A stretch of 64,000 nt of DNA from assembly GCF_963921235.1 (NCBI RefSeq), contig NC_086108.1:35838001-35902000 (forward strand), written 5' to 3'. The DNA is from Mobula hypostoma (lineage: Eukaryota). The position numbers and the translations under genes were made by a program. The notes beneath the pieces are model-generated. The model was not told the origin of the DNA. It did no database searches and saw only the letters and a program-made list of their open reading frames with translations. How positions within the stretch are numbered: position 1 is the first letter of the stretch; the number at the start of each line of letters is the position of its first letter. Shown here one piece after another: positions 47,853-59,274 of the stretch.

Positions 47853-49247
47853 CAATTTTGTATCCAGTTGGCTCGCTCACCCTGGATCTCATGTGATCTT
47901 ATCTTCCTGACTATTATACTATGCAGGACCTTGTCAAAGGCCATGGAACAATACCTACCATCCTTCCCTCATTATTCCTGCAGGTCACTTTTTCAAAAAG
48001 TTAACTTGAATTTGAGAGGCACAATTTTCCGTCTTTCCAAAAGCATTTAGACCTTGTTTCTCGGAATCCCTTCCAGTAACTTTCCATCACTGATGTAATG
48101 TTCACCAATCTGTAGTTTCTTTAATTGACTGCAGTTCTTAAATAAAGGCACAACACTGACCATTCTTCAGTCTTCCTGTATCTCTCTCATGGCTAAGAAA
48201 GATACCCATGACAAGTTTACTACTGCAATAATGAGAGTGAAACTACTAATTGCTTGATCATTCCTTTTGTTATTCTAAAACAACAGTGCCATAAACAACA
48301 ATTAGGTCAGACTTCAAGTAAACATGGAAAACTGAATGAGGAACCACCTTTGTAGAAATGGATTATTGTCACCCTCAGTTCCTCCACTTCTTTCTTAAGA
48401 ACATTGACTCAGATCAGGTCAACTGCCATGGAGTTTTCCTGTGCTCCAATATCTCATTTTAGATTGTAGAGCTGTGCTCCCTACTTTACTATAGTCAGTG
48501 CAGTCCATCCTGGCTTCATTGTTAATCCTGAACCAAGAAATCCTTGGCTAATTGTGGCAGTCTTTCCACCAATTATTTTTCTTGCCAAGTGGTCCCTTCA
48601 GATGAAAGATAATCTTTTCCCATTTATGAGCTCAGTGAAGTCCATCGATGCTCATATGGGAACTGCACACTCTTCCACAGATTGGGGAGCAAGTGCCTGT
48701 GAGGAGGGGTTAGGTCGCTTGTGAACTAATGTGTTTCTCCTTTCATTCACATGGGGAATCTGTGCACTCCATGACACAAGGTTCTCAGTTCCACCCTGAA
48801 TATTCCTGCTCCTACCTCAGGAAGTCACAAGCCAGAGATTCCACGGAGTCGGTAGGGAAATTGTACTCTTGCTCAGTACCAGTCAGCATTATGATTTGCT
48901 TGGTTGCATACCCTTTGGTTAGAAATATCACAAACCGCCATCACAAAGCAAATATACTCTAGAGGTGCATTTCTCAACAGCTGAGATTGAGGGAAGTCCT
49001 CCATGTTCCTGATAGCAATCCCACAGTCGATGTGTTTAAAACCTACCAAATTCAGGATAGGCAAGTTAAAGCAAGAATCCAGAAACACCCCGACCAGAGT
49101 TCCTGAGTGAAGTTTCAAACTAAGTAATAGAAACTCAATTTGGGAGATTGAATTTCAATGTTACAGTATAAACTGTGACCTGATTGGTGGCTTAGTAGTG
49201 GATCCCAATATGACCAATTGGCCTGACATTTAATCTAGTGTGATACA

Positions 49248-49730
49248 TCACGAGGATGATTCCTGGAATGCAGGGGCTAACATATGAGGACCGTTTGTCG
49301 GCTCTTGGACTGTATTCATTAGAGTATAGAAGAATGAGAGGGGATCCCATAGAAACGTTTCGAATGTTGAAAGGATTGGACAGAGTAGATGTAGAAAGGC
49401 TGTTTCTCTTGGTGGGTGAGTCCAGGACAAGAGGCTACAGTCTTAGAATTAGAGGGTACCCAGTTAAAACAGAGATGAGGAGAAATTTTTTTAGCCAGAG
49501 GGTCGTGGATTTGTGGAATTCGTTGCCACATTCAGCTGCGGAGGCCCAATCATTGAGAATGTTTAAGGAGGAGATTGATAGGTATCTAACTAGTCAGGGT
49601 ATCAAGGGATATGGGGAAAAAGCTGGAAATTGAAACTAGATGGGAGAATAGTTTAGCTCATGGAGGAGTGGCGGAGCAGACTCGATGGGCCGAATGGCCT
49701 ACTTCTGCTCCTTTGTCTTGTGATCTTATG
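49248..49730 (+). mobile_element. CR1 3' end
   Basis: ORF 49256-49633 (MIPGMQGLTYEDRLSALGLYSLE..RRNFFSQRVVDLWNSLP); tail cttgtgatcttatg. Confidence 0.92.
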
Positions 49731-51819
49731 ATTAACTAAACCAAGAATAACTATCTTAAGCAGTGTGAGCAACCATTTCCCTGGACATCTTCATTCTATA
49801 AGTTTAATTGTCAATGAGACAATAATATGATTGAAATATGAGAATCAAATATAGGTCAGAGTCTACAGAGGATTCCAGCAAACCAAAGCCTAAGTGGACT
49901 CTGAGTAGGTTCAAAGAGAAAGTGAACCACAAGAGGATGTGAAATTAAATTTTTGTTGGAACTGTCACAAAATGTTGCAACAGAGTGAGAAAGAGACATG
50001 AATATCTTCTTGCCTAGACTTTGGAGGCAAATTCTACAGAATTCACACATTACTCATAAAAGACATGATGACACATTTGATCACATGAGCAATTATTTCT
50101 CTGTTGGTTAACAATTATCAGGAAATAAGCCCCGCATTTACAAGTGTGATTCACCTTCCATGTCTGAAGCTTGGCTGACATCAGGTACATAATCTAGTGC
50201 TATTATCTGTGAACAGTAACCACTTAGGCTTTTACTGACTAAAGCCAGCCATTAGACTGAGAACAAACCCTGGAGTTCTTTGTTTCCACTCACAATAAAA
50301 CAAAGAAAAATCCTTGTAGAAAATTGACGAGTTGAAGATGAAGAGGAATCAATGAAATGTCAATGTTTTTAATCCACCCTTGTCCAGAGGCGTCACTGAC
50401 AATGATGGCGACACTTAGTGTTTAACGCTGGCATCAATGTTACCTGCACTGTCTTGGGGGCTTGAGAGAGTGGGAAGTATCCAGACACAACAGGAGAACA
50501 TGGAGACACAATAAACTGCAGGCATTGCAATCTAGAGCAACAAACAAGATTCTGGAGGAAGAAGCAAGATGTAGTCTGACCCTTTGATTTCCTCCAGCAC
50601 CTTGCTTTCTGTCCCAGTTTCAGCATCTGCAATCTCTCTCATCTCCATTTGGCGACTTCACTATGATGTCTTGCCAAAGTATTCTCATTTTGAAGAAGTT
50701 TTCCTTCTCTTAGATGCTGTCTGATCCACCGAGTTCTTCCAGTATCTTGTTTATTGACACCCGAAACCACCTTGCACTCTCTTCACTCTCCCACTCTCAT
50801 CACCCAATGCTGTTGGCCTTTTATTCTTTTGCTCTGGGTATTCTATAAGGTTTGGGGCCAGCACAGCAATAATGCAAGCTATGTCATCTGGAAACATGTA
50901 GACAAGATGTATTCAGGGTGAAAACCATTCTAATGCTTTTTCACCTGGGTTTTTCACCAACTTTTGCAGGTGAAAATTGTGCACACCCACCACACAAAGA
51001 CTCTAATTTCAGGACACAAGTATCTTTTCCTGAGAAAGCAGACATAGACTCAATAGACCGGGTAATTAGAGCTGCAGTTTGATGGGAAATGTGCCCTTTA
51101 TTTGCCAAGTTTACTAGCAATATCATTGGACATCCTTGGAACTAAAGAGGGAGGCACAAGTACAGCATGGGATATAATCATGTATATTTTTAGTTCTGGT
51201 AGTTCAAGAAGAATTCCTTCCCCTCTGGGTCTTAAAATAATCTTACAACATGTTTACCAATTCAGAACATACATTCCAGAATTATAGAAGATCTGACGCA
51301 AGCACGAGGGCTCAGTAGGTTTCTTCTAAACCCAACAAATGGAACTGGAACAAAGATGGAGGATGCTAGTCCCTGTAGATTTCCTTGCTTTGCTGAGCTC
51401 TAATTCTCTCGGCTGTCTACAAAAAACCTCATGCTTAGAACCATAAACCTTAGAAAATGCTTGTGAAATGGCAGAGCAGCAGTTTAGTTGTTGGATTCAT
51501 AATCCAGAGGCATGGATTGATGATCTTGAGTCCTGTGTTCAAATCCGACCACCACAATACAAGTTAAATTTGGTTATTAGTTTAGAAGAACAGGTACTAC
51601 AAATAATTGATCTAATACCCTGCAGAGGATGAAATCTTCCCTTCTTAGCTGACCTGACCAAAATGTAAAAAAGACTGGATGCTCGTTGAAATTCTTGTCC
51701 ACTCTTTAGGAGTCAGCTGGGACAGCAATAAATCTTTCCAGAGACAAACTGATCCCCAAATAATGGATAAGTGAAAAACACCAGAACCTTAATTGCATTG
51801 ACCAAGAACCAAGTCTTCA

Positions 51820-52177
51820 CTAAAGAAATGAGAGGCATTGATATTGTGGATAGTCAGAGACTTTTTCCCAGGGCTGAAGTGGCTAGCACGAGAGGGCACA
51901 GTTTTAGGGTTGCTTGAAAGTAGGTACAGAGGAGATGTCAGGGGTACATTTTTTACACAGAAAGTGGTGAGTGCATGGAATGGGCTGCTGGCGATGGTGG
52001 TGGAGGCGGATATGATAGGGTCTTTTAACAGTCTCCTGGATAAGTACATTGAGCTTAGAAAAATAGAGGGCTATGGGTAACCCTAGGTAATTTCTAAGGT
52101 AAGGACATGTTAAGCACAGCTTTATGGGCTGAAGGGCCTGTATTGTGCTGTAGGTTTTCTATGTTTCTGTGTTTCTA
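51820..52177 (+). mobile_element. CR1 3' end
   Basis: ORF 51838-52080 (GDVRGTFFTQKVVSAWNGL..EGYG); tail ttctatgtttctgtgtttcta. Confidence 0.85.
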
Positions 52178-52181
52178 AATA

Positions 52182-52697
52182 CATTCAGTGGCGACTTATA
52201 GATACGCCTGCTTGTTAATGCAAATAGCTAATCAGCCAATCATGTGGCAGCTAGTCAATGCATAAAAGCATGCAGGCATGGTCAAGAGGTCCAGTTGATG
52301 TTCAAACTTCAGAATGGGGGAGAAATATAATCTAAGTGACTTTGACCATGGTTATTTGTGCCAGATGGGGTCATTTGTGTATCTCAGAAACTGCTGATCT
52401 CCTGGGATTTTTGCGCACAACAGTCTGTAGAGCTTACAGAACATGGTGGACTAATGAAGAAACATCCAGTGACAGTTCTGTGAGTGAAGATGCATTGTTA
52501 CTGAGGGAGATCAGAGGAGAATGACCAGACTGGTCCATACTGACAGGAAGGGCACAGTGTCTCAAATAACCACACATTACAGCATCTCTGAATGCGCAAC
52601 ACATTGAAGCACATTGAAACACATTGAAGTGGATGGGCTATAGCAGCAGAAGAGCGCAAACAGTACCTCCTATACCTAACAAAGTGGCCACTGGGTG
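52182..52697 (+). mobile_element. Tc1-like internally deleted DNA transposon
   Basis: ta|cattcagtggcgac and gtggccactgggtg termini; paired-like HTH remnant ISETADLLGFLRTTVCRAYRTW (ORF 52336-52524). Confidence 0.8.
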
Positions 52698-53394
52698 TGT
52701 ACTAACAACAACAAAAAAATCAACTGCTTTCTGAAAAATTACGATTGATGAAACAAAGTGCAGAGTAGAGTTTTTGGAGAATTACCCCTTGAACTTGCAG
52801 TCTCATTTAAGTGCTTCGGAGCGTGGGGAATGAGGGGCGGGGGTGCTGAGTAGAGACTGTTCTTGTCAGAGGTTGGAGTTGAGAAGCATCAGCAAGAAAA
52901 GTAAAAGGACTACATAGCATTTGGCCTTATCTTTCCTCAGCTGCCCAGCTCACACAAACGTGAGTGCATGCAGCAAATGATTTATGATTCACCCTGAGTT
53001 TTGCTGCATTACATTGGCAGCCTATCCCAACATTACAATGGCAAATTGTGCAAGAGCCCAGTGGCAGTTTGTGTAAAAGGGTTAAATAAAATGATAAAAT
53101 ACAGTATACTGGAGTCAATTGATGAGCTTCCAACAGTGCACACGAACCTTTATTGGCACTTTGAAGTTATTGCATAAATATTCCTTCCTAATGATAATAT
53201 TTTTCTTTAATCTCAAATTATTTAGATATATATAGCTTCAAAATTCAACGTCACACAAGGTATATTGAGACATCATTAATAAACAAAGTGCGCAGATTTC
53301 CACAGGTTAGAGCATGAATCAAAAGACTGGTTAGATTTAACCAAATAACTGCCCTTTCAGCTCATTCTTAAATATATTTTCAGCAGCAGGACAC

Positions 53395-54710
53395 TAGAAA
53401 TATTAAGAATAAAACAGAAAATGCTGGATCAGGCCACATTGGGAAGCTCAGGTTGAACACAGGTGTTCTGTAAAGTCATCTCTCCAATGTGTGTTTGAGA
53501 GAGGGAGGGAGGAGAAGATGGCGACGCGACGCATCTCACAGCGGCCACTCCGGTGTTGATGTCTGTTATTTGTCAAGTAGGGTGCTGTACACAATCCTGA
53601 TTTGATGGAGAGGGACGTGAGAGCACGGAGGAACATCTGGTGAAACTTCTGAAATGCCTGCTTCGCTGCTGCTGCTACTGTGTGGTCCAGAATCTCCGGT
53701 GGGGAAGGCCCCGAGTCCTCGGCTTTGCTTGTTGCTCGGCGGCTGGGGAAGGGTCAAAGCGCTCAGCAGAGGATGGTGCTCGAAGAGGCTGTGTCAGAGG
53801 GGCTGATCGGAGGCTCGCAGTTTTCGGACGGACCCAGAGTCCTCTGCGGCCGGGTGCTTCCAATGGTGCTGCATCAGCAAGTTGGCGGCGCTTGGAGGCT
53901 CATGGCGGGGAGAGTTCCTTCCCGTCTGCCACCTGCGTGAGATGATGAGTCTATCAGGACTTTGAGACTTTTTTTTTACCGTGCCCATGGTCTGCTCTTT
54001 ATCAAATTATGGTATTGCTTTGCACTGTTGTAACTATATGTTATAATTATGTGGTTTTGTAAGTTTTAGTTTTGGTTTGTCCTGTGTTTTCTTGTGATAT
54101 TATTCTGGAGGAACGTTGTATCATTTTTTAATACATGCATTTCTAAATGACAATAAACGAGGACTGAGTGTCCTCATAATCTAATCTAATTCTCCAATGT
54201 AGAGGAGACCAAACTGTGAACCAGCTGCGTTTATCCTTGGAAGTTGGGAAGGAAAGAGGTGAAAAGATAGGTGTAACATTGTCAGTGGGAGCGAGGAGAA
54301 GTGCCATGAAGGGCTTTGTTGGTGACCCAAAGAATGGATCAGGGAGTCATGAATGGAATAGTTCCTGCAAAATGTTGAAAGGGGAAGAGAGGGGAAGATG
54401 GAAACACTACCCCTGTCCTGTCCTGGAGGACAGAGAGTGAGAAGAGAGGCACAGGAAATGGATGAGGTGTAATCAAGAGCATTATTAACAATGGTAGGAG
54501 GAAGATGCTTGGTTCAGAAAGAATGAGGTCAGTTCAGAAACTCCTGATCTCGTCAGTGGACCAAATACAATAAAGATGGAGGAACTAGAAGGTTGGAATA
54601 GAATCCTTGCAGGAGACAGGGTGGGATGAACCGTGGCCAAGATAGCTGTGACAGTCACTAGAGTTGTAATGTATTGAATGTTAATGTCTACCTCCTGAGA
54701 TAGAGACACC
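53395..54710 (-). mobile_element. Old Penelope-like fragment split by family A copy 2
   Basis: aggtgttctgtaaagtcatctc resumes as tctccaatgtagaggagacc (reverse GLLYIGE); collinear with 1250-1810. Confidence 0.55.
53498..54190 (+). mobile_element. Non-autonomous retroposon family A, copy 2
   Basis: ggagaagatggcgacgcg 5' end, CpG-rich body, gacaataaacgaggactgagtgtcctcat(aatct)n 3' end. Confidence 0.82.
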
Positions 54711-56069
54711 AAGTGAAGAAAACCTTTGATGAAGGCTAAGAATCACAGTGAGCTAGCACATGGTGCAGTCTAGGAAAATCATGCAATAATACAATGGAGG
54801 CCACTATGCCTGCACTTTGAAAGAGCTCTTCATCAGTAGTGAACATTGTAGATCAGCAACAGTTTGCCAGATGAAGCAATTATGCTTCCACAATTTACCA
54901 TTGTAACGATGGAACTGGCATTTTGATGCAAATTTCAATACAGTGAATTGTGAATCAAGTGCCACCTTTTGTCTGGGACAGGTGAACGGAGCTGCTGGGG
55001 CTTATTGAACAATCCATGGTCTCTCAGTACTTATCTCTGAAAAGAATTAATTAATTAACTGCATTCTGATTGCACTGAAGTCAAACTGAAGTTGAGACTT
55101 ATCCGCAGAATGAATTTAGGAAGGATATCATCCACCACATAGAACAGTTCTAACCTCAGGGCTGATGTAAATTACCAAAACTTTGAGAATGTACTCTGCT
55201 TCTTCAGGAACAAAAAAAATAAGGATCCTTTCACATCACAAATGACTGTCACATTCCATTGCAACATTTTGTGACAGTTCCCAGAAGAGTACTGTTTCAC
55301 ATCCTCTAATTTGAGGTTCAGTCTCTCAAATTTCCAGCACATTTTGGGTTTGATCTGCCTGAAGGTCACTGTGGCTTCAAAACAGACAATAAACTAAAAC
55401 CAGGCTTACAGTCCGTGATTGCTGAATCACAGATGCAACAGTTGGACTTACAAACTGAAGAATTCCAAAAGCAAAATTGCTTTAACTGTCTGAAAACCAG
55501 GTCTCTCAGAAATCAGTTAACATATTAAGCCAAATTAACTGTCTGGCATTTGACTTTAGTCTGCCTTACTCACAGCAATATCATTTGGTCTTGCCTTCTA
55601 AGTCCTATTCCCCTCCATTTTTTAATGTTTATAGCCACAACAGAATAACTGAGCAATCTGGACATAGTTTTCTCATGGTCATAAAGTAAAACAAGATTGG
55701 CACAGTGGGATATAGGACCTCCTTCTAACTCTTTATATCTTCGTGATTAAAAGTTGACTCATATTTCCTTCTGTATGGCAGTAGCCAAAAGTCCATCCAC
55801 CATACACTTTGTAAAGTATCTATACAGTAGTTCCACACTCTTGTTCTTTTCGAGTAACCCTTCAAAGTTTTCAGTGGACTAATAATTATGCAAGAGAATC
55901 TTAAAAATGGCTTGAATCTGTGTCTGATATCTTCTGGGCAGTATGTTTCAGAACACTTTTGCAAATGAACATATCCTCCCAGCGAATGATTTTAAGAGCC
56001 TTTACAGTAAAATCAAGGTAGACATTGGAAGTGTCCAATAGAGTTGCCACTTTATTTTCCAGTATTATA

Positions 56070-56693
56070 CGAGGGGTGATTGATACGTTCGTGGCCTAAG
56101 GTAGAAGGAGTGAATTTTAGGAAACCTAGCACAGTTATTTTTCAACATAGTCCCCTCCTACATGTATACACTTAGTCCAGCAGTCGTGGAGCATACGGAT
56201 CCCTTCTTTGTAGAAGTGGTCCACAGCAGGGGTGATTGATAAGTTTGTGGCCTAAGGTAGAAGAAGATGAGTTATTAACTTCAAACTTTCTGCATTATCA
56301 CTCAAAGAGTTGAACTGCACGTGCATGTAACAACGGCATCTTGGACCTCCAGGTGGTCCACAACAGGGGTGATTGATAAGTTTGTGGCCTAAGGTAGAAG
56401 GAGATGAGTTATACAGCTCTCATTACATGCACGTTGCAGTTCAAATCTTTGAGTGAAAACGCAGAAAGTTTGAAGTTTCTGCTCATCTCATTTTACTGTA
56501 GGCCACGAACTTATCAATCACCCCTGCTGTGGACCACTTTCTGGAGGTCCAAGACGCCAACTTCTACAAAGAAAGGATCCGTATGCTCCACCACCGCTGG
56601 ACTAAGTGTGTAAATGTAGGAAAAATAAATGTGCTAAGTTTTCTAAAATTGACTCCTTCTACCTTAGGCCACAAACTTATCAATCACCCCTCA
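56070..56693. mobile_element. Mariner-derived MITE built from two inverted 3' ends
   Basis: TA|cgaggggtgattgata...tatcaatcacccctca|TA; transposase C-terminus on both strands (FYKEGIRMLHDCWTKCIHVGGDYVEK* on minus, QDANFYKERIRMLHHRWTKCVNVG on plus). Confidence 0.9.
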
Positions 56694-56848
56694 TAGTAAG
56701 CAGTGAGAACTTTCACAGAATGACAGTCAAGTACTTTGCAATAGCAATAACATTTGGCTGAAACCTATCTGACTGTAAGAATGGAGACCGTGCAGATCAA
56801 TTTCCTAAATTAAGTAATTATTTTGTAAGGAAATATTATTTTGTCTTG

Positions 56849-57442
56849 TGTAACCCTTGGGTCTTGTAAGTCTAGGGACGACAATCTCTGGCACCAACAA
56901 ATGAGACTGAGGTGCAAAACCTCCTGTTTGTGTGGATGCTGTGTGATTTGTCACCCTGTTACAAATCAGTACCACGAAATAACAGACAGTACACCATATG
57001 CAATTAAATGATTTAGCTTTATAATTCTTAATTTGACTAAGGGTTAGAAAAATAAAACAAAAAGAAAAGGGCCCATTTTAACGAAACGATCTAACGTGCA
57101 CAAGTTGGAGCTCACGGCCTCCCTTCCACTAGTCCTCCATCGATTTCCCCGGGCTTTGTCGACTCCCGGTCGCAGTCCAAGTCCACTCCTTTCTGGTGTC
57201 TACGACCTCTCCATTCTGGCATCTTCTCTCTTCATCTTCTACCAAACAAAAGATCCAGATCACCGCAGTCTCAGGCACACAACAAGAAAAACCACTCCCT
57301 TCATTGGATAGCGCACATTCCAAAGCCCCTGTTATCTTTAGCCATAACCCAGACACTGCTGCTACAGAAAAACCATTACATAAGCAGTGTTTCTACAGAA
57401 AGACCATTACATTAGCAGTGAAACCTTTCCCAGGGTGTTACA
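56849..57442. mobile_element. Probable solo LTR (594 bp)
   Basis: tgtaacccttggg and cccagggtgttaca inverted termini; flanks cttg/ctag (4 bp, one mismatch). Confidence 0.55.
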
Positions 57443-57531
57443 CTAGCATTTAGAAGACTGGGATATAATCTTCCTGGAATATGAGATTCTGAGGGGCTTG
57501 ACAAAGTAGATAATATATTTCCCCTGCTACT

Positions 57532-57750
57532 AAACATAAGAGATTCTGCAGATGCTGAAAATCCAGAACAATCCACACAAAATGCTGGAGGAACTCAGCA
57601 GGTCAGGCAGCATCATTAGAAATGAATAAACTGTCAATGTTTTGGGCTGAGACCCTTCACCAGGACTGGAAAAGAAGGGGGAAGAAGCCAGAATAAGGTG
57701 GTGGGGGAAGGGGAAGGTAGAAAGTGATTGGTGAAGCCAGGTGGTTTGGG
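57532..57750 (-). mobile_element. PLE pLTR plus tail with degenerate hammerhead
   Basis: gattctgcagatgctgaaaatcc...gctggaggaactcagcaggtcaggcagcatc...ctgtcaatgttttgggctgagacccttcaccaggactg. Confidence 0.8.
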
Positions 57751-57989
57751 GAGTTGAGTCTAAACTAAGTAGACATAGTCTCAGGATAAAGCATTTGATT
57801 ACTTAGCTGGAGTTGAGAAAGAAATTCTTGGAAATGCAGGCAAGTGGAATTTTGGTCAAGATCATATTAAAGAGGAGTCTACTGCTCTTATTTGTTATGC
57901 ACTAACAATGGACTAAAGGAAGATTTCCTCTGAACACTGTGATTAGGTGAAATCTTTCTGTTGAAGGGGTAAAAAAACTTTTTTTTATA

Positions 57990-58648
57990 TATAGATTATG
58001 AGGACACGCAGTCCTCTTTTATTGTCATTTAGTAATGCATGCATTAAGAAATGATACAATGTTCCTCCGGTGTGATAACACAGAAACACAAGACAGACCA
58101 AGACTGAAAAACTAAAAAAAACCACATAATTATAACATATAGTTACAACAGTGCAAGCAATACCGTAACTTGATGAAGAACAGGCCATGGGCATGGTAAA
58201 AAAAGTTCAAAGTCTCTCGAAAGTCCCATCATCTCATGCAGATGGGAGAAGGAAGAAAACTCTCCTTACTATGAGCTTCCAGCGCCGCAAACTTGCCAAT
58301 GCAGCATCCTGGAAGCACCCGACCACAGTCCGACTCTGAGTCCGTCCAAAAACTTCGAGCCTCCGAGCAGCGAGCACCATCTCTGCTGAGTGCTTCGACC
58401 CCAGCCCCGGCCACCAGCAACAGGAAAAGCCAAGGATTTGGGGCCTTTGATCCGGAGATTCTCCATTGCACAGTAGCAACAGAGGCAAAATGGGCATTTC
58501 AGAAGTTTCTCCAGATGTTCCTCCATGCTTCTCACGTCTGTCTCCATCAAATCAGAATTGTGCACAGCCCCTATTTAACAAATACAATATCATTTCACCG
58601 AAGAGGCCGCGGGCGCTGTGTCGCGCCGCCAACTTCTGCTCCCTCCCA
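57990..58648 (-). mobile_element. Non-autonomous retroposon family A, copy 3
   Basis: agattatgaggacacgcagtcctcttttattgtcatttag...cgccgccaacttctgctccctcc, collinear with copies 1 and 2. Confidence 0.82.
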
Positions 58649-59274
58649 CTTAGTTGAAGATAATTCTAAACTATTCCTTTTCTATCTCTGATTGTTTTTT
58701 ACTGTAATGTATACTGTGCAGTATATTAAGAAGCAATGAATGCCCTGAGGAGAGTTAGTAGTTACAAAGCAGTTTATTTAACTTGAATGAATCACATATC
58801 ATTATTCCATTTAACTGGCTTCAAACAACAGTATGTTTCCTAAAATAATCTTAACTTCTTTCACTGAACAGTTACACTATTGGCAAATATTTTGATGGTG
58901 CTGAAATTGGGAACAAAGGATAAAGGGGTTACTTAAGCCTATTCATTTTTCACTGGTTTTATCCTTTCCTCAAAGAAATACTTCATCTTGGCGTACACAG
59001 GCACACTGTCCTTGGTCCAGTGTGACTACCTCCAGCTAATCTGATTTGAGTTATCTCAAACCAAATAGATTATTTTTGGTGGGATCAAAATAAAATGCAT
59101 GAAGGTTCTGAGTCTAGGAGCTGGATCCTGCACCTCCTTTGAGGTTTGTAAGTCTGTATTTGATACTTTATGTTCAGATAATAACAGCTCCTGCATCTTA
59201 TCCATTTGATTTTTACAATATCTTCTCACTGCATTCTATTATTTTATCTGAATGTAGGATGTCACAATCGTCCT

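Larger units (their letters stand above)
46290..48150 (-). mobile_element. Decayed CR1 LINE interrupted by a PLE
   Basis: tggcaatcagaactgcacacaatattccaagtg (reverse HLEYCVQF), tttggcatcatatgcaaacttact, caggaccttgtcaaaggcc. Confidence 0.75.

Noticed and set aside
48350..49130. Possible coding sequence or ancient LINE in an unassigned region
   Set aside because: No long frame or clear motif; too decayed to classify by eye.
53481..54200. tctccaatgt on both sides of family A copy 2 as a TSD
   Set aside because: The left copy is not adjacent to the element start, and both match two similar motifs native to the interrupted Penelope sequence (compare 1268-1298).
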